Shown here piece after piece: positions 20,551 through 30,553 of a DNA stretch of 64,000 nucleotides. The notes under the pieces were generated by a model, which was not told the origin of the DNA, did not search any database, and worked only from the letters and a program-made list of their open reading frames with translations. Each line of letters begins with the position of its first letter. Positions within the stretch are counted from its first letter, which is position 1. The stretch comes from Nitrosopumilus sp. (GTDB lineage: Archaea; Thermoproteota; Nitrososphaeria; Nitrososphaerales; Nitrosopumilaceae): assembly GCA_963667665.2 (NCBI GenBank), contig OY763927.2:1088001-1152000 (forward strand), written 5' to 3'. The position numbers and the translations under genes were made by a program.

Positions 20551-20753
20551 GTAATATTATGGTATCTCGTGGAAAGGAAATTGAAGATCATCTAAGTAAT
20601 CCATCACAATTCATCAATTATTATTCTAAAGATATGGAGGATTATGACCAATGAAAATAATCTTAATCTAGAATAACTAATCCATTTATTTGCATGGTTA
20701 GGTGGTTCAAGTAAAAAATCAATTTGTACCTTACATTAGATACACTGAAAGGA

Positions 20754-20897
20754 TTACTTTAATCCTTTACGCAACACATCGTTTAACACTCTGGAAAAAC
20801 TAACTGATGCTTGCTCTGAGTGTATTCGTTTTGCTTGCAGTGTCCTTATTTTTCTATCAAGATCATCATCAAGCATGATCGTAATACGTTTTGACAT
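20754..20897 (-). CDS. 47-aa ribbon-helix-helix (CopG-like) DNA-binding protein
   Basis: MSKRITIMLDDDLDRKIRTLQAKRIHSEQASVSFSRVLNDVLRKGLK: beta strand, helix, S.S.VL helix; TTTATAAA box upstream. Confidence 0.75.
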   Translation of the reverse strand: MSKRITIMLDDDLDRKIRTLQAKRIHSEQASVSFSRVLNDVLRKGLK

Positions 20898-21427
20898 GCT
20901 GTGAACATAATAATATCATTTATAAACATGATCAACAATTTTGTTATGTTTTTTGGGTATTTTATTATGAATAAGAAAATATCAATATAACAACCACATA
21001 ATATATGATATACTAAATTATCTTCACATTATAATTCTTTTACATTTTTAATGCATGCACAATTTAATAGATTTTTAATATTATAATCAGACAGCCCAGA
21101 TGTAATGTAGACAGTATTATCTTTGAATATTATCTGAAATTTTGCCATGTAATTGATTAGAGTAGTTTTAATGTAATAATTATTGTTTCAAGAAAATACT
21201 ATTTGTAATTTCTTAGCTTTTTTTGTAAAGAGAGATTCCTAATATCGCGTTCACTATACCATGTACCTCTGAGGAATATCTGTCTTGTTCCATCATTTAA
21301 TAGTCTGGTTTTACCATCCCTTGATTTGTATTGGTCATCCATTTTCCTTGAAAACCTCTAGGATCTAGTAATAGTTTAGTATTGTGTATTTCTGCAATGT
21401 TGTGATTTGTCATACAAGTAAATACAA

Positions 21428-21607
21428 TCAAGATTCTAATGCTTTATTCAAATCACGTATTTTCGCTATACTTTTCTTGTTCTTTGAGTATCTGGGGGTG
21501 GTCCTGGCTCGATGTCCACATAGAGGACAGTGTATTCCCTTTGATTTATCATATCTATACTCGCATTTGGTGCAAAAGTTACTAGTAAGATAATCAATAA
21601 AGGGCAT
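21428..21607 (-). CDS. 59-aa basic zinc-ribbon protein
   Basis: MPFIDYLTSNFCTKCEYRYDKSKGIHCPLCGHRARTTPR...; two CxxC motifs. Confidence 0.6.
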   Translation of the reverse strand: MPFIDYLTSNFCTKCEYRYDKSKGIHCPLCGHRARTTPRYSKNKKSIAKIRDLNKALES

Positions 21608-21924
21608 TATCTTTTTTTAAAAAAACCCATCACATATTAATTAAAAAATCAAAGCATGGAAATTAAATATCCAACAAATATGCCAATAACAAAAGAGGTA
21701 CAGATACCTGCAGTTACAAAGTTTGAGATACCATTCAACTATTAATTACATATAGTAATAACTAAAATATGTTGTTAATTGTTTTATTATCACACAAGAC
21801 CATCTGGTGCATTAGATAATAAGACAACTAATGAAAAATACAGAATGGAAATTAAAAGGAGATAACAAATGGATTACATTAATTTAAAATACGAATAGAA
21901 GAATGTGTAAATGATCAAAAATAA

Positions 21925-22179
21925 TTATTCCAATTCAACTGTCGTAATACGGATTACTTCTTCATCATTGTCTATATGTTAGTGTATTGAAAGTTTTTCA
22001 TTAGTTGTATTGTATGATGCAACTAGAAAAATCCCACTTGTACAATGTACTGATGAACGTAGATTAGAAAACACATCAATTACTTGCTTAAAATGAGTTA
22101 CAATCTCTTCAATCGTTGTATTGTTTAAATTATCTAGAAAATCATTGTCTGACTCATTTGCTACAATGATTTTCCACAT
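21925..22179 (-). pseudogene. RelE/ParE-like toxin with an in-frame TAA
   Basis: MWKIIV...DFLDNL...LSIH*HIDNDEEVIRITTVELE; 84 codons; directly downstream of a small antitoxin-like ORF. Confidence 0.5.
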
Positions 22180-22186
22180 TTTGGAA

Positions 22187-22321
22187 TCACTCGTTTTTTA
22201 GTGCTTTTGCAAACTCATCAATACTATTGTAGATTTTTGCTGGCTTTATTGCACCACTTTTCATCTTTTGTGCGGTTTCGAATATATTTCGCATTTTTTC
22301 TTCTTGATTGACTACTTGCAT
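22187..22321 (-). CDS. 44-aa antitoxin-like protein
   Basis: MQVVNQEEKMRNIFETAQKMKSGAIKPAKIYNSIDEFAKALKNE; the Y.S.DE..KAL end is typical of RelB/DinJ-type antitoxin tails. Confidence 0.5.
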   Translation of the reverse strand: MQVVNQEEKMRNIFETAQKMKSGAIKPAKIYNSIDEFAKALKNE

Positions 22322-22689
22322 GATGTAAATTCTAGAACGTGGTTATATTAAACTATATTTTCTAATTTGCACTTTTACTAAAATCAACTTGACTCAAAAT
22401 TACTAACCCTCATGAATCCTCAAAAACACAACAAAAATTAACGAAAAACAAACAAGATTAAAAAATTAGATTAAATATCCTAAAATATCAACCATAGACT
22501 TGAGGTCCTAGTTTTGGGGTTTCTCAGAGAGTATCCCTTTTGGCCTGAATAATAATTACTATAATTATAATTTTCCCAAATAACAGATAGTCAAGCCATA
22601 CTACATCAAAGAGTAAGGCATAAAGAAAAACATCACACAAATTATCAAGAAATTAGAGAAAATCAAAAGAAATCTCTAAATTCTTTTTT

Positions 22690-25210
22690 TTATTCCTGAT
22701 AAGCAGGATTGATGATATATTTCATTATCTTCTCAGCCTTGGCACTTTCTATTTTCAACTCTTTAGAGTATTTTTCTAGCTTTGATACATCTCTATCTAT
22801 TCCACTATAATCATAGGTAAAGTAACCATCCACATCCTGCATTATATCACTTGAATCAAACACTAGAGTTGCACGTTGTTTTTCAAACTCTATCATGTTT
22901 GCAAAGTTTGAATTCTGTCTAGTCATTACATTACTGATCTTATCTTGGTGGCGCTCAAACTCTGGTGTTGTTATCTGTATCCATGTACCATGATCATTTT
23001 GCATCCAGAGATAACCGTTCTGGTCCTCCCATACGTTGTATCGTCTATCTTGTTGTGTTAAATAAATAATTTCAGCATCTCCTTGCTTTGTCTTTTTTTG
23101 CATTAGAGAATCTGTGTGAGGATCTAGCAGCGGAGTTCCTGTAAACTCTACACCTTCATTGATGAAAGTTATATGGTTACGTCTATGATTATCCATTGCA
23201 GAGATTGCCACAATATCGTGCTTTAAAGGAGCCATTACTGTAAAATCTATTGAGATTTCATGACATTTCTCTGAATTATCCATACTTTGACATTTTACCT
23301 TATCAATTGATGCTGTTGTGTTATCTTCATTTACCAATCCTTCTTTTTGGAAGTGGTTTATTTCATCAATGTCATAGTCTACTGGGCTGTCATAGTTTCT
23401 AGATAGTACCAATTGAATTTCAGTTTCAGCATCACTGTGACTTCCAATTTCTGGCACTCCAAGGTATAGTGATGTCCACTTTAATGAATTAGCAGTATAT
23501 ACTTTTAATTTCAGTGTTTGAATCACCAATAATTGAACTGGTTTTGACAAAGTCTGTGTGCCAGTTATCAGTAATGGTTAGTGAATAGTCATTGAATGTA
23601 AAGCCGTTATCAATTATTTGTCTGTGAGAGTTGTGTGTTTTACCAAATGTTGGTTTGACTGCCCAGTCCTTACTGCCACCACCTTTCTTTTTCTTTGGAG
23701 GATCAGAAGAGCCAGAGTCAGGATCAGCTGGAACATAATTAATACTAAATGTTTCTGATGCAGGATTAAAGCTTTCACCAGATGTTACTTTACCTGCCTT
23801 AATAGTTACAGATAGAGTATAACTATGAAAGTCATCTATTGATGGTGAAAGAGTAAAGGTGTAGAGGATACCTGGAGTTACAGTCTTAAAATCAGATATG
23901 TCAGCATTAGTGGTAAAGAGATCATAAATGGTAAAATCTTCTACAGGAGTAGTAAAAGTTACAGTCATTGGAATTTTTGTCAGTGACGTTGTACCAGATT
24001 CAGATGAGGTGATAACTGGTAAAAGTGCAGGGTCTGCAACAGAGGCTGGAACATAATTAATACTAAATGTTTCTGATGCAGGATTAAAGTTTCCACCAGA
24101 TGTTACCACATTTTCATTAATATATACAGATAGAGTAGAATCAGAAGATGTATCTGATGGAGTAAGTGCAAATTGATAGACAGTACCTGCAGATAAAATA
24201 ATAAAATCAGATATGAGAGAATTAACACTAAATAAATCATTAACATCAAAACCATCTACAGGAACATCAAAAGTTACACCCATTGGAATTTTTGTCAGTG
24301 ACGTTGTACCAGATTCTTGTGAGATGATAACTGGTAAAAGTGCAGGATCTACAACAGAGACTACTTTATTTAATTTTACTTTAAGAGTTAGTAATTCACC
24401 AGATACAGAGTCACCAAATCTAAAACCAAAAGTATTGACAGTACCATCAAGAGAATCAGCAATGATAGAACCAACAAGCCAATCACCATTAGGCAGTACA
24501 AATAATGGTGGAGAAACAGTAACACCTGGTACATTTTCAACATCAATGTCATTAACAGTTACATGTATAATGATGCCAGGTACTCCAAGTCCTTGAAAGA
24601 AAACATTATTTTGTTCTGTAACAAAAACATCTCCTTCATTTGCAATAGGGCGAGTTATTGTAGGGTCTACAATACACTTTTCAGCAGCAGCAAGAAAGTC
24701 CTCACTAGCTACAACAAGATGTCCTGCTTCAGAAAACTCCAAAGTATTAGTATTACCATCAGAATCAATAAAAGATACTGCAAAGTCTACATCCTCATCA
24801 GGATCAGGAAGACAGATGGAATTACTAACATCAAAGATATCATATTTGTAGAAAAATAACATTTCTTTTAGGTTCTTATCACCATCAACAACCTCAGTAT
24901 AAACTAAATAGTCAGACCACTCAAAGTCATCATCATTTTGAGAAACAGTCATCGTAAGAGAATCAGCTGTAAACTTGTTATCAAGTCCAATATCGGTGAT
25001 TGTAATACGTAGATATGCATCCAACTCCTCAAAAGCACAATTTTCTATATCATCACCATCAATACAATAATCATCATATGGATAGTCTAGATCACTTATT
25101 GAGAAATTAAATTAATCAGTAGAAACTTGAGCATTTGCAGTACCTGCAAGCATCCCAACAGACACTAGTAATCCAAGCGCAATAATTGTGAAAAGTTTGT
25201 ATTTAAGCAT
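22690..25210 (-). pseudogene. Large secreted protein with two tandem Ig-like repeats and a thaumarchaeal C-terminal domain; one nonsense codon and one frameshift
   Basis: ATG at 25210 with signal peptide MLKYKLFTIIALGLLVSVGMLAGTANA; in-frame TAA at 25112-25114; frameshift near 23510 joins the two track ORFs; duplicated DPALLPVI...NPASETFSINYVPA unit. Confidence 0.75.
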
Positions 25211-25580
25211 ATTATAGTATGAATGATCATTAATTACAAACCTTACTATAATTAACATATGAATGTAATTAGATATGAATTAAGAATATACTGTAATTAT
25301 TTATGAATAAAGAGTTATGCATATCAAAGATATATCACTGCGAGCTTGTAAATACAGTGCAGTGGCATTTTCTGCATTTTCCAAACTCATCATGGCTTGA
25401 TCTGGTATGATCGCATAAACACATGGAATATTTTTTAGTCATTGGTATAGTGTGGTGTATCTAAATTAAATCTCTATTGAAATCTAATCATAATGTTTAG
25501 GTGTTAACTTACACAAGCCAATATATTGATCAGAAAATAATTAAAATGTTTTATTATAGTAAAATATCTGTGATCATATT

Positions 25581-25754
25581 ATGCATAACCATATAAAATG
25601 TAGGAAATGCGGTAGATTTACCAAAAACTTATTCTACAGACATTCTAGCACCATAAAATATAATGAGACCTTCCTCATGGGGAGAGTTTGTCATTACTGT
25701 AAAATTTACACTATAACTGAAAAATACAAGAAAGTAAAGAAAATAGAATCTTAG
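25581..25754 (+). CDS. 57-aa basic zinc-ribbon microprotein
   Basis: MHNHIKCRKCGR...GRVCHYCKIY; TTTATTATA box upstream. Confidence 0.5.
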   Translation: MHNHIKCRKCGRFTKNLFYRHSSTIKYNETFLMGRVCHYCKIYTITEKYKKVKKIES

Positions 25755-25799
25755 ACTTGTCATGGTTTAATATAATTTTGAGTCACACCTTTTTTTATT

Positions 25800-26114
25800 A
25801 TGAATAGAAAAAAATTAGTAATAATTAGTAGTTTGGTTGCAGTTGCCATATCTATGGCCTTTATATATTCTTTTGAAGAATATGTCTATGTACAATCAGA
25901 CATTACAAAGGCCAATCCAAACCTCAAAGTTGGGAAAACAGCAGTAAGTATGGCAACTGACATAGAAGGTTCAAAAGAATACATAATCTTAACCATCTTA
26001 GGTCCTGTTACCTCAGTGGGGGATCCAATTCCTTGGACTGATGAAGCTGGAAATAAACACGGTGCAATACAAAAGACAATCAAAAATATTACAAATGTAA
26101 ATAGTTTACATTAA
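25800..26114 (+). CDS. Membrane-anchored hypothetical protein, probably 3'-truncated
   Basis: N-terminal TM; last ORF before attR. Confidence 0.55.
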   Translation: MNRKKLVIISSLVAVAISMAFIYSFEEYVYVQSDITKANPNLKVGKTAVSMATDIEGSKEYIILTILGPVTSVGDPIPWTDEAGNKHGAIQKTIKNITNVNSLH

Positions 26115-26220
26115 ATCCAGGAGTTATAATGAATTAAATTAAAAACCATAGTTTAATATCTATCAATAATGCTTTAAGATTAGCAACTTTTTAGCATAAC
26201 TATAAAAAAGAATACAAAAA

Positions 26221-26231
26221 TAAGACTTTGA
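26221..26231. repeat. Right copy of the 11-bp inverted repeat (TAAGACTTTGA)
   Basis: Reverse complement of 10407-10417. Confidence 0.75.
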
Positions 26232-26240
26232 TAGTAGGTG

Positions 26241-26258
26241 AATCCCGATGGGAGCATT
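26241..26258 (+). repeat. attR core AATCCCGATGGGAGCATT (duplicated tRNA-Glu 3' end)
   Basis: Identical to 10384-10401. Confidence 0.9.
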
Positions 26259-26320
26259 TCAAATTATAAATTAAATTTCAAAATAGTTTCTTTAAATAAT
26301 AAAATCCACGGTCATAATTA

Positions 26321-26977
26321 TTGAGTCTAAGAGAAATAGAACTCCAAGAAGAATATCGGTCAGACAGAAATGACATTGCATCAGAATTTTTCTTTCCTTG
26401 CCTAAGTAATTGTATAGAATATGATAGATGTGTTGACTTTTTGTCTATTCAAACATTAGCTACAATATCCATGGCATTTGATAATTTTGTTATTGGTAAG
26501 GCAAAATTAAGAATTGTTACTGGCCATAGATTTAGAGCAGCAGACTTGAATCTGTTTACAAAACTCTTTGATGAAAAACACATGAAATTATTTAAAGGAA
26601 AACAAATCAAAAACACCAAAATTGAAAAAATTGCAAGATTTTTTGATAGTGGTCAAATTGAACTAAAGATTGCAATCCCAAATTCAGAAGAAGTTGCAAA
26701 TTCATTCTCAGAGAGAATTGGAATATTCAGAGATGAACATGATCAAGTAGTTGCATTTACTGGTACATCTAGTGAATCATTCTCTACTCAAACAATAGAT
26801 TTTGAATCCGTAGATGTGTTTACTTCATGGAATGACAAATCAAGGGTTGAAAGAAAGGTGAAAGATTTTGAAGAATTATGGGAAAACAAGACAAAATATG
26901 TTGAAGTTTATGATTTTATGTATGCAATAAAAAACAATCTTTTAAAATATTCATCAGAGTGGATATTACAAGATTAA
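26321..26977 (+). CDS. Stand-alone PLD-like domain of the type found N-terminal to DEXD helicases, with a degenerate HKD motif
   Basis: YRSDRNDIASEFFFPCL...YDR..DF.S start; FSERIGIFRDEHDQVVAFTGTSSES in place of FHEK.GIF.D......F.GS.NE. Confidence 0.75.
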   Translation: MSLREIELQEEYRSDRNDIASEFFFPCLSNCIEYDRCVDFLSIQTLATISMAFDNFVIGKAKLRIVTGHRFRAADLNLFTKLFDEKHMKLFKGKQIKNTKIEKIARFFDSGQIELKIAIPNSEEVANSFSERIGIFRDEHDQVVAFTGTSSESFSTQTIDFESVDVFTSWNDKSRVERKVKDFEELWENKTKYVEVYDFMYAIKNNLLKYSSEWILQD

Positions 26978-27537
26978 AGTTGAAATGATTCTTCTAATCT
27001 AGCTTTGTTTTCATAGAAATTCATTTTATTCATTTTATAATAAATGACCTCACCACGACGTTCAATGACTGCAATAATTGGTTCTTTGCCCATTTGAGTA
27101 ATCTCTTCAATCTTTTTCTGTAGATTACCCATCTTTTCTTGTTGCCCCTCATTTAGACCAAAGATTAGAAATTTTGCGCCCTTTTCTCCAAATTGTCCTC
27201 GTTCATAAACTCTAAAGTCAGAACCAAAACCAAATCCATCCTTTACAACATAACCACGATTTCGAAGATCACGATATATCAAAAATTTGGTTAGAATTTC
27301 ATTATCTAGTTTTTGAGAAAGGTTCATGAAAGAGTTAAAATCAATCTGTTTTTTTCCTTTCTTGAGAATTAGTTTTTTAGCATATAGCAGGTATAGAGTT
27401 TCAAATTGTTTTAGGAATAATTTTTCTTTTTCAATTTCTCCATATCCCTTTTGTTCAAGTTCATGAATCATATTTTTATTAGAAATGCAAGTTTGATCTG
27501 AAATCATCTCGCCTTTGACTAAAGGAGTTTCTTCCAT
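26974..27537 (-). CDS. endA: tRNA-intron (splicing) endonuclease subunit
   Basis: FLIYRDLRNRGYVVKDGFGFGSDFRVY motif. Confidence 0.9.
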   Translation of the reverse strand: MEETPLVKGEMISDQTCISNKNMIHELEQKGYGEIEKEKLFLKQFETLYLLYAKKLILKKGKKQIDFNSFMNLSQKLDNEILTKFLIYRDLRNRGYVVKDGFGFGSDFRVYERGQFGEKGAKFLIFGLNEGQQEKMGNLQKKIEEITQMGKEPIIAVIERRGEVIYYKMNKMNFYENKARLEESFQL

Positions 27538-27636
27538 GATGATGAGAAAGCCAGAGAATTTCCATATAAGCATTAGAAATATAGAGCAAATGCATGGTTA
27601 ACCGTTAAAATATGGGCATTTTGGTTTGAGAATATC

Positions 27637-28146
27637 ATGCATGGTGCAAATTATAGGGCTGGAAGGGGACAAGTGTTTACCAGAAAAGAGTACATCAAAG
27701 GTAAGCCACAAATTAAAATTGCAAAATTTCAAGGTGGCAAAAGAGGAACATACCAATATTGCGTTCAATTAAGTCTCAATGAAAAACTTCAGATCAGACA
27801 CATGGCAATTGAATCAACCAGATTGGCAGCAAACAAAACTTTAGAGAAAACAACTGGAGAAACAGGTTATTATTCCAGACTAAGAATTTACCCACATAAT
27901 CTTTTAAGAGAAAATAAACAAATAGCAACTGCAGGTGCAGATAGAATTTCAGAAGGAATGCGAAGATCATGGGGTAAAGCCACAAGTTTAGGTGCTAGAG
28001 TCAGACAAGGTCAATGCATAATGGAACTATACGTTAATGGTAGTGATCATCTAACTGCAGCAAGAAAAGCACTGCATGGAGCATGTGTGAAATTACCAGG
28101 TACACCATCAATCAAAGTGATTGATTGGAATAAATCCTCACCATAA
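27637..28146 (+). CDS. rpl10e: 50S ribosomal protein L10e (uL16)
   Basis: LRENK..ATAGADRISEGMR.SWGK and KLP motifs. Confidence 0.95.
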   Translation: MHGANYRAGRGQVFTRKEYIKGKPQIKIAKFQGGKRGTYQYCVQLSLNEKLQIRHMAIESTRLAANKTLEKTTGETGYYSRLRIYPHNLLRENKQIATAGADRISEGMRRSWGKATSLGARVRQGQCIMELYVNGSDHLTAARKALHGACVKLPGTPSIKVIDWNKSSP

Positions 28147-28401
28147 ATTTTCTAAATTAGATTTCTTGGTTTTAACAAATTCCAAAAATTCTTTGAATTC
28201 TTCTTTAGTGGGTTCTCGATTAAGAATTCTTTTAGATTGATAGTAAAAGGCGTTATAAATTCTGCCTACTATAATACCTAAAGCAAATGATTTTGAATCA
28301 TCAATGTTTGAGAGTGATTGAACTAATTGCCTAATTTCATCCTTGTTTGAAATTGTATCTTGAATTTTTTGCTCTATCTTCTTTAGAATAATTTCATCCA
28401 T
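28138..28401 (-). CDS. Hypothetical protein
   Basis: 87-aa ORF; FALGIIVGRIYNAFYYQ. Confidence 0.7.
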   Translation of the reverse strand: MDEIILKKIEQKIQDTISNKDEIRQLVQSLSNIDDSKSFALGIIVGRIYNAFYYQSKRILNREPTKEEFKEFLEFVKTKKSNLENLW

Positions 28402-28464
28402 AATGTATCTTGTTTGAAATAGTTAAAAACAGTTTAATATCCAAATTTTGCCTCTAGGATTGTT

Positions 28465-28541
28465 GCAGTTATAGTACAGTTTGGTTAATATTCTAGCTTG
28501 CCAAGTTAGTGACCCGGGTTCAAATCCCGGTAACTGCACCA
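28465..28541 (+). tRNA. tRNA-Gly (GCC), CCA encoded
   Basis: Acceptor GCAGTTA/TAACTGC, anticodon loop TTGCCAA, T arm CCGGGTTCAAATCCCGG, 3' ACCA. Confidence 0.93.
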
Positions 28542-28542
28542 T

Positions 28543-28974
28543 TTATTTTAGATTTTTTGGCATCAATGCATTTTGAATAATTTCAAGTGCATCTTGAGCT
28601 TTTTCTGGGCGAGGTAATTGAATCATAAACACATTTTCTTTTCCATATTGAGAATGAGGTGAAGAAAGCGCAAGCATCGATGTTTTTGAAAGAGATTCAA
28701 AAAATGCAAGATCAGTTTTTGCATTGATTAGAAATTTTTCAACAATATTTCCTTTTGAAAAGATCAAGACAACTTCAACAAAAACATTTCCTAGTCCATC
28801 TTTTAAAATATTTAGATCAGTGTTAATCGATAAAGATTGTCCAGTAACTTTTGATAGCATCTCATCATATTTTTTTTCTTCAATTACAATACAAGGAGTT
28901 TTTTTACCATCAAAATCGAAAGTGGTAATTCCATCATGGACTTGATCTAATAATTTCTTTAACTCATCAGACAT
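28543..28974 (-). CDS. Hypothetical protein
   Basis: 143-aa ORF coupled to the antiporter gene. Confidence 0.75.
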   Translation of the reverse strand: MSDELKKLLDQVHDGITTFDFDGKKTPCIVIEEKKYDEMLSKVTGQSLSINTDLNILKDGLGNVFVEVVLIFSKGNIVEKFLINAKTDLAFFESLSKTSMLALSSPHSQYGKENVFMIQLPRPEKAQDALEIIQNALMPKNLK

Positions 28975-30292
28975 TTTCTTTCTTTTCTACTGCAAGAATT
29001 ATTTTATCACCAGCTCTCATCAAAAATGGAGTAATAATTGCAGTGATAATAGAAATCATACCAATCAAAGGGAATAAGAAGGCACTAACTGCACCCATAT
29101 CTACTCCAACCTTTACAATTACAATTGAGAATTCACCTCTAGGTGCAGCTAAGGAAAATGCAGAACGGAGTGCTTTACCACGTTTTTGTCTAAATATGAT
29201 ATTTCCAAGCATATTACCTCCAAACTTCATGCCAATAGAAACTGCAATCAAAACAATAGCTATAACAATATAATTTTCAAGCTGAGAAACGTCCATCAAA
29301 GCACCAACTGAGATAAAGAATATGGCTACAAACATGTCTTTGATTGGACTTGAGAGAAGTTTTGAAACTTCAGCTGATTTAGATTCAGCAACAAGCACAC
29401 CTGCTAAAAATGCTCCAATTGCTACAGATAATCCAACAATGTTTGCAAATAAGGCATATCCAAAACAGAGACCAAGAACACTGAGTAGCAAAATTTCACG
29501 ATGTTCTGTGGCTGCAACTCTATCAATTAGTGGAGGAATTAAACGTGTTCCAATAGTAAATGTTCCAGCAATAAGAGCAATTGCAACTGCCACTACTGCA
29601 ATAATAGATTCTATTGATACAGTTCCAACTAATGCAATAGACTGTAATGAAGAAATTAAAATTACGGCAATAACATCTTCAACAATTAAAATACCTAAAA
29701 CAAGTAAAGAAGATTCTTTTTTGATTTTTCCCGTATCCTCAAAAATCTTAACAATGATTGCAGTACTGGATATCGATAATGCTGCTGAAATAAACAAAGC
29801 ATCCATGAATTGTAACCCCAGTATACTAGCAACATAAAATATGACACCCATTGTTAAAAATAACCCTATATTTCCAATTCCAATTGCCTTACGGCCAATA
29901 CTTTTGATTTTTGAATATGGGAATTCAATGCCTATTACAAAAAGAAGTAAGATGACACCAATTTCAGCAAAAAGATTCAGTGCCTCAATATCAGATAAAA
30001 TTCCCACACCTAAAGAAGTAGCATTAGGACCTCCATCAGGTAAAACCCACGACCAAAATGGAGAGAGAGGACCAATCAACATTCCTGCAAATAGATAACC
30101 AATGATTAACGGTTGTTTTATTTTAAAAAATGCAAGTGTAACTATAGCACCAATTATCATGATAAAAGCTAAATCAGTGATAAAACTAGTGTGAGGAAGT
30201 TCAGGAGTTATCTGTTCAATTAAAGTGGTAACAGTATTGTCAAGAGTGTCTTGAATTCCACTTGGATCTAATTGAAGTAGAATATTTTGCAT
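28967..30292 (-). CDS. Cation:proton antiporter (CPA2/KefB-like membrane domain)
   Basis: SISSTAII, ILIVED, GAFLAG and PRGEFS motifs; many TM segments. Confidence 0.9.
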   Translation of the reverse strand: MQNILLQLDPSGIQDTLDNTVTTLIEQITPELPHTSFITDLAFIMIIGAIVTLAFFKIKQPLIIGYLFAGMLIGPLSPFWSWVLPDGGPNATSLGVGILSDIEALNLFAEIGVILLLFVIGIEFPYSKIKSIGRKAIGIGNIGLFLTMGVIFYVASILGLQFMDALFISAALSISSTAIIVKIFEDTGKIKKESSLLVLGILIVEDVIAVILISSLQSIALVGTVSIESIIAVVAVAIALIAGTFTIGTRLIPPLIDRVAATEHREILLLSVLGLCFGYALFANIVGLSVAIGAFLAGVLVAESKSAEVSKLLSSPIKDMFVAIFFISVGALMDVSQLENYIVIAIVLIAVSIGMKFGGNMLGNIIFRQKRGKALRSAFSLAAPRGEFSIVIVKVGVDMGAVSAFLFPLIGMISIITAIITPFLMRAGDKIILAVEKKENV

Positions 30293-30433
30293 AATATTAT
30301 TTTTAAACAAATTTGTTTAAAAATGATCACAGATTGAAAATTCAGAAATAAAATCAAAATGAGAAAAAATGAAAACAGGCTCGTAGTTGTCATAATCTTT
30401 AACCTCTTTATGCTCAGTGATTATTATTAAAAT

Positions 30434-30495
30434 GCAGAGTGATGATTAGGTCAGCTGAATAAAATGTAGAGATATGACCTGGGGTATCTGACTGC
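30434..30495 (+). ncRNA. Candidate C/D-box guide sRNA
   Basis: Terminal stem GCAG/CTGC; C box GTGATGA (30439-30445), D' CTGA (30455-30458), D CTGA (30488-30491). Confidence 0.55.
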
Positions 30496-30528
30496 GTAAT
30501 TGGTTACGTTGTAATTACCCGAGTATTA

Positions 30529-30553
30529 ATAGTACGGTACCATACCGTACTAT
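30529..30553. promoter_or_regulatory. Perfect palindromic operator ATAGTACGGTA-CCA-TACCGTACTAT
   Basis: 11-bp arms, 3-bp spacer; lies between the TATTAATA box and the ATG at 30554. Confidence 0.7.

Larger units (their letters stand above)
10384..26258. mobile_element. Decayed integrative element / genomic island inserted at tRNA-Glu
   Basis: 18-bp direct repeat of the tRNA 3' end at both ends; integrase-like fragment at the left end; dense pseudogenes inside versus intact core genes outside. Confidence 0.88.

Noticed and set aside
11992-25114. Stop-codon reassignment or selenocysteine in island genes
   Set aside because: Internal stops include both TAA and TGA, co-occur with frameshifts and truncations, and the same codons end neighbouring genes; decay is the simpler explanation
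25336-25364. Hairpin CACTGC...GCAGTG in island intergenic DNA
   Set aside because: Short stem with no recognisable RNA family or second copy; could be chance
10384-26258. Island as a provirus, casposon or conjugative element
   Set aside because: No recognisable capsid, terminase, PolB, Cas1, relaxase or VirB4 genes
29043-30098. Antisense ORFs over the antiporter, and similar shadow ORFs over other core genes
   Set aside because: They lie opposite well-supported genes and have no motifs; this is expected from codon bias
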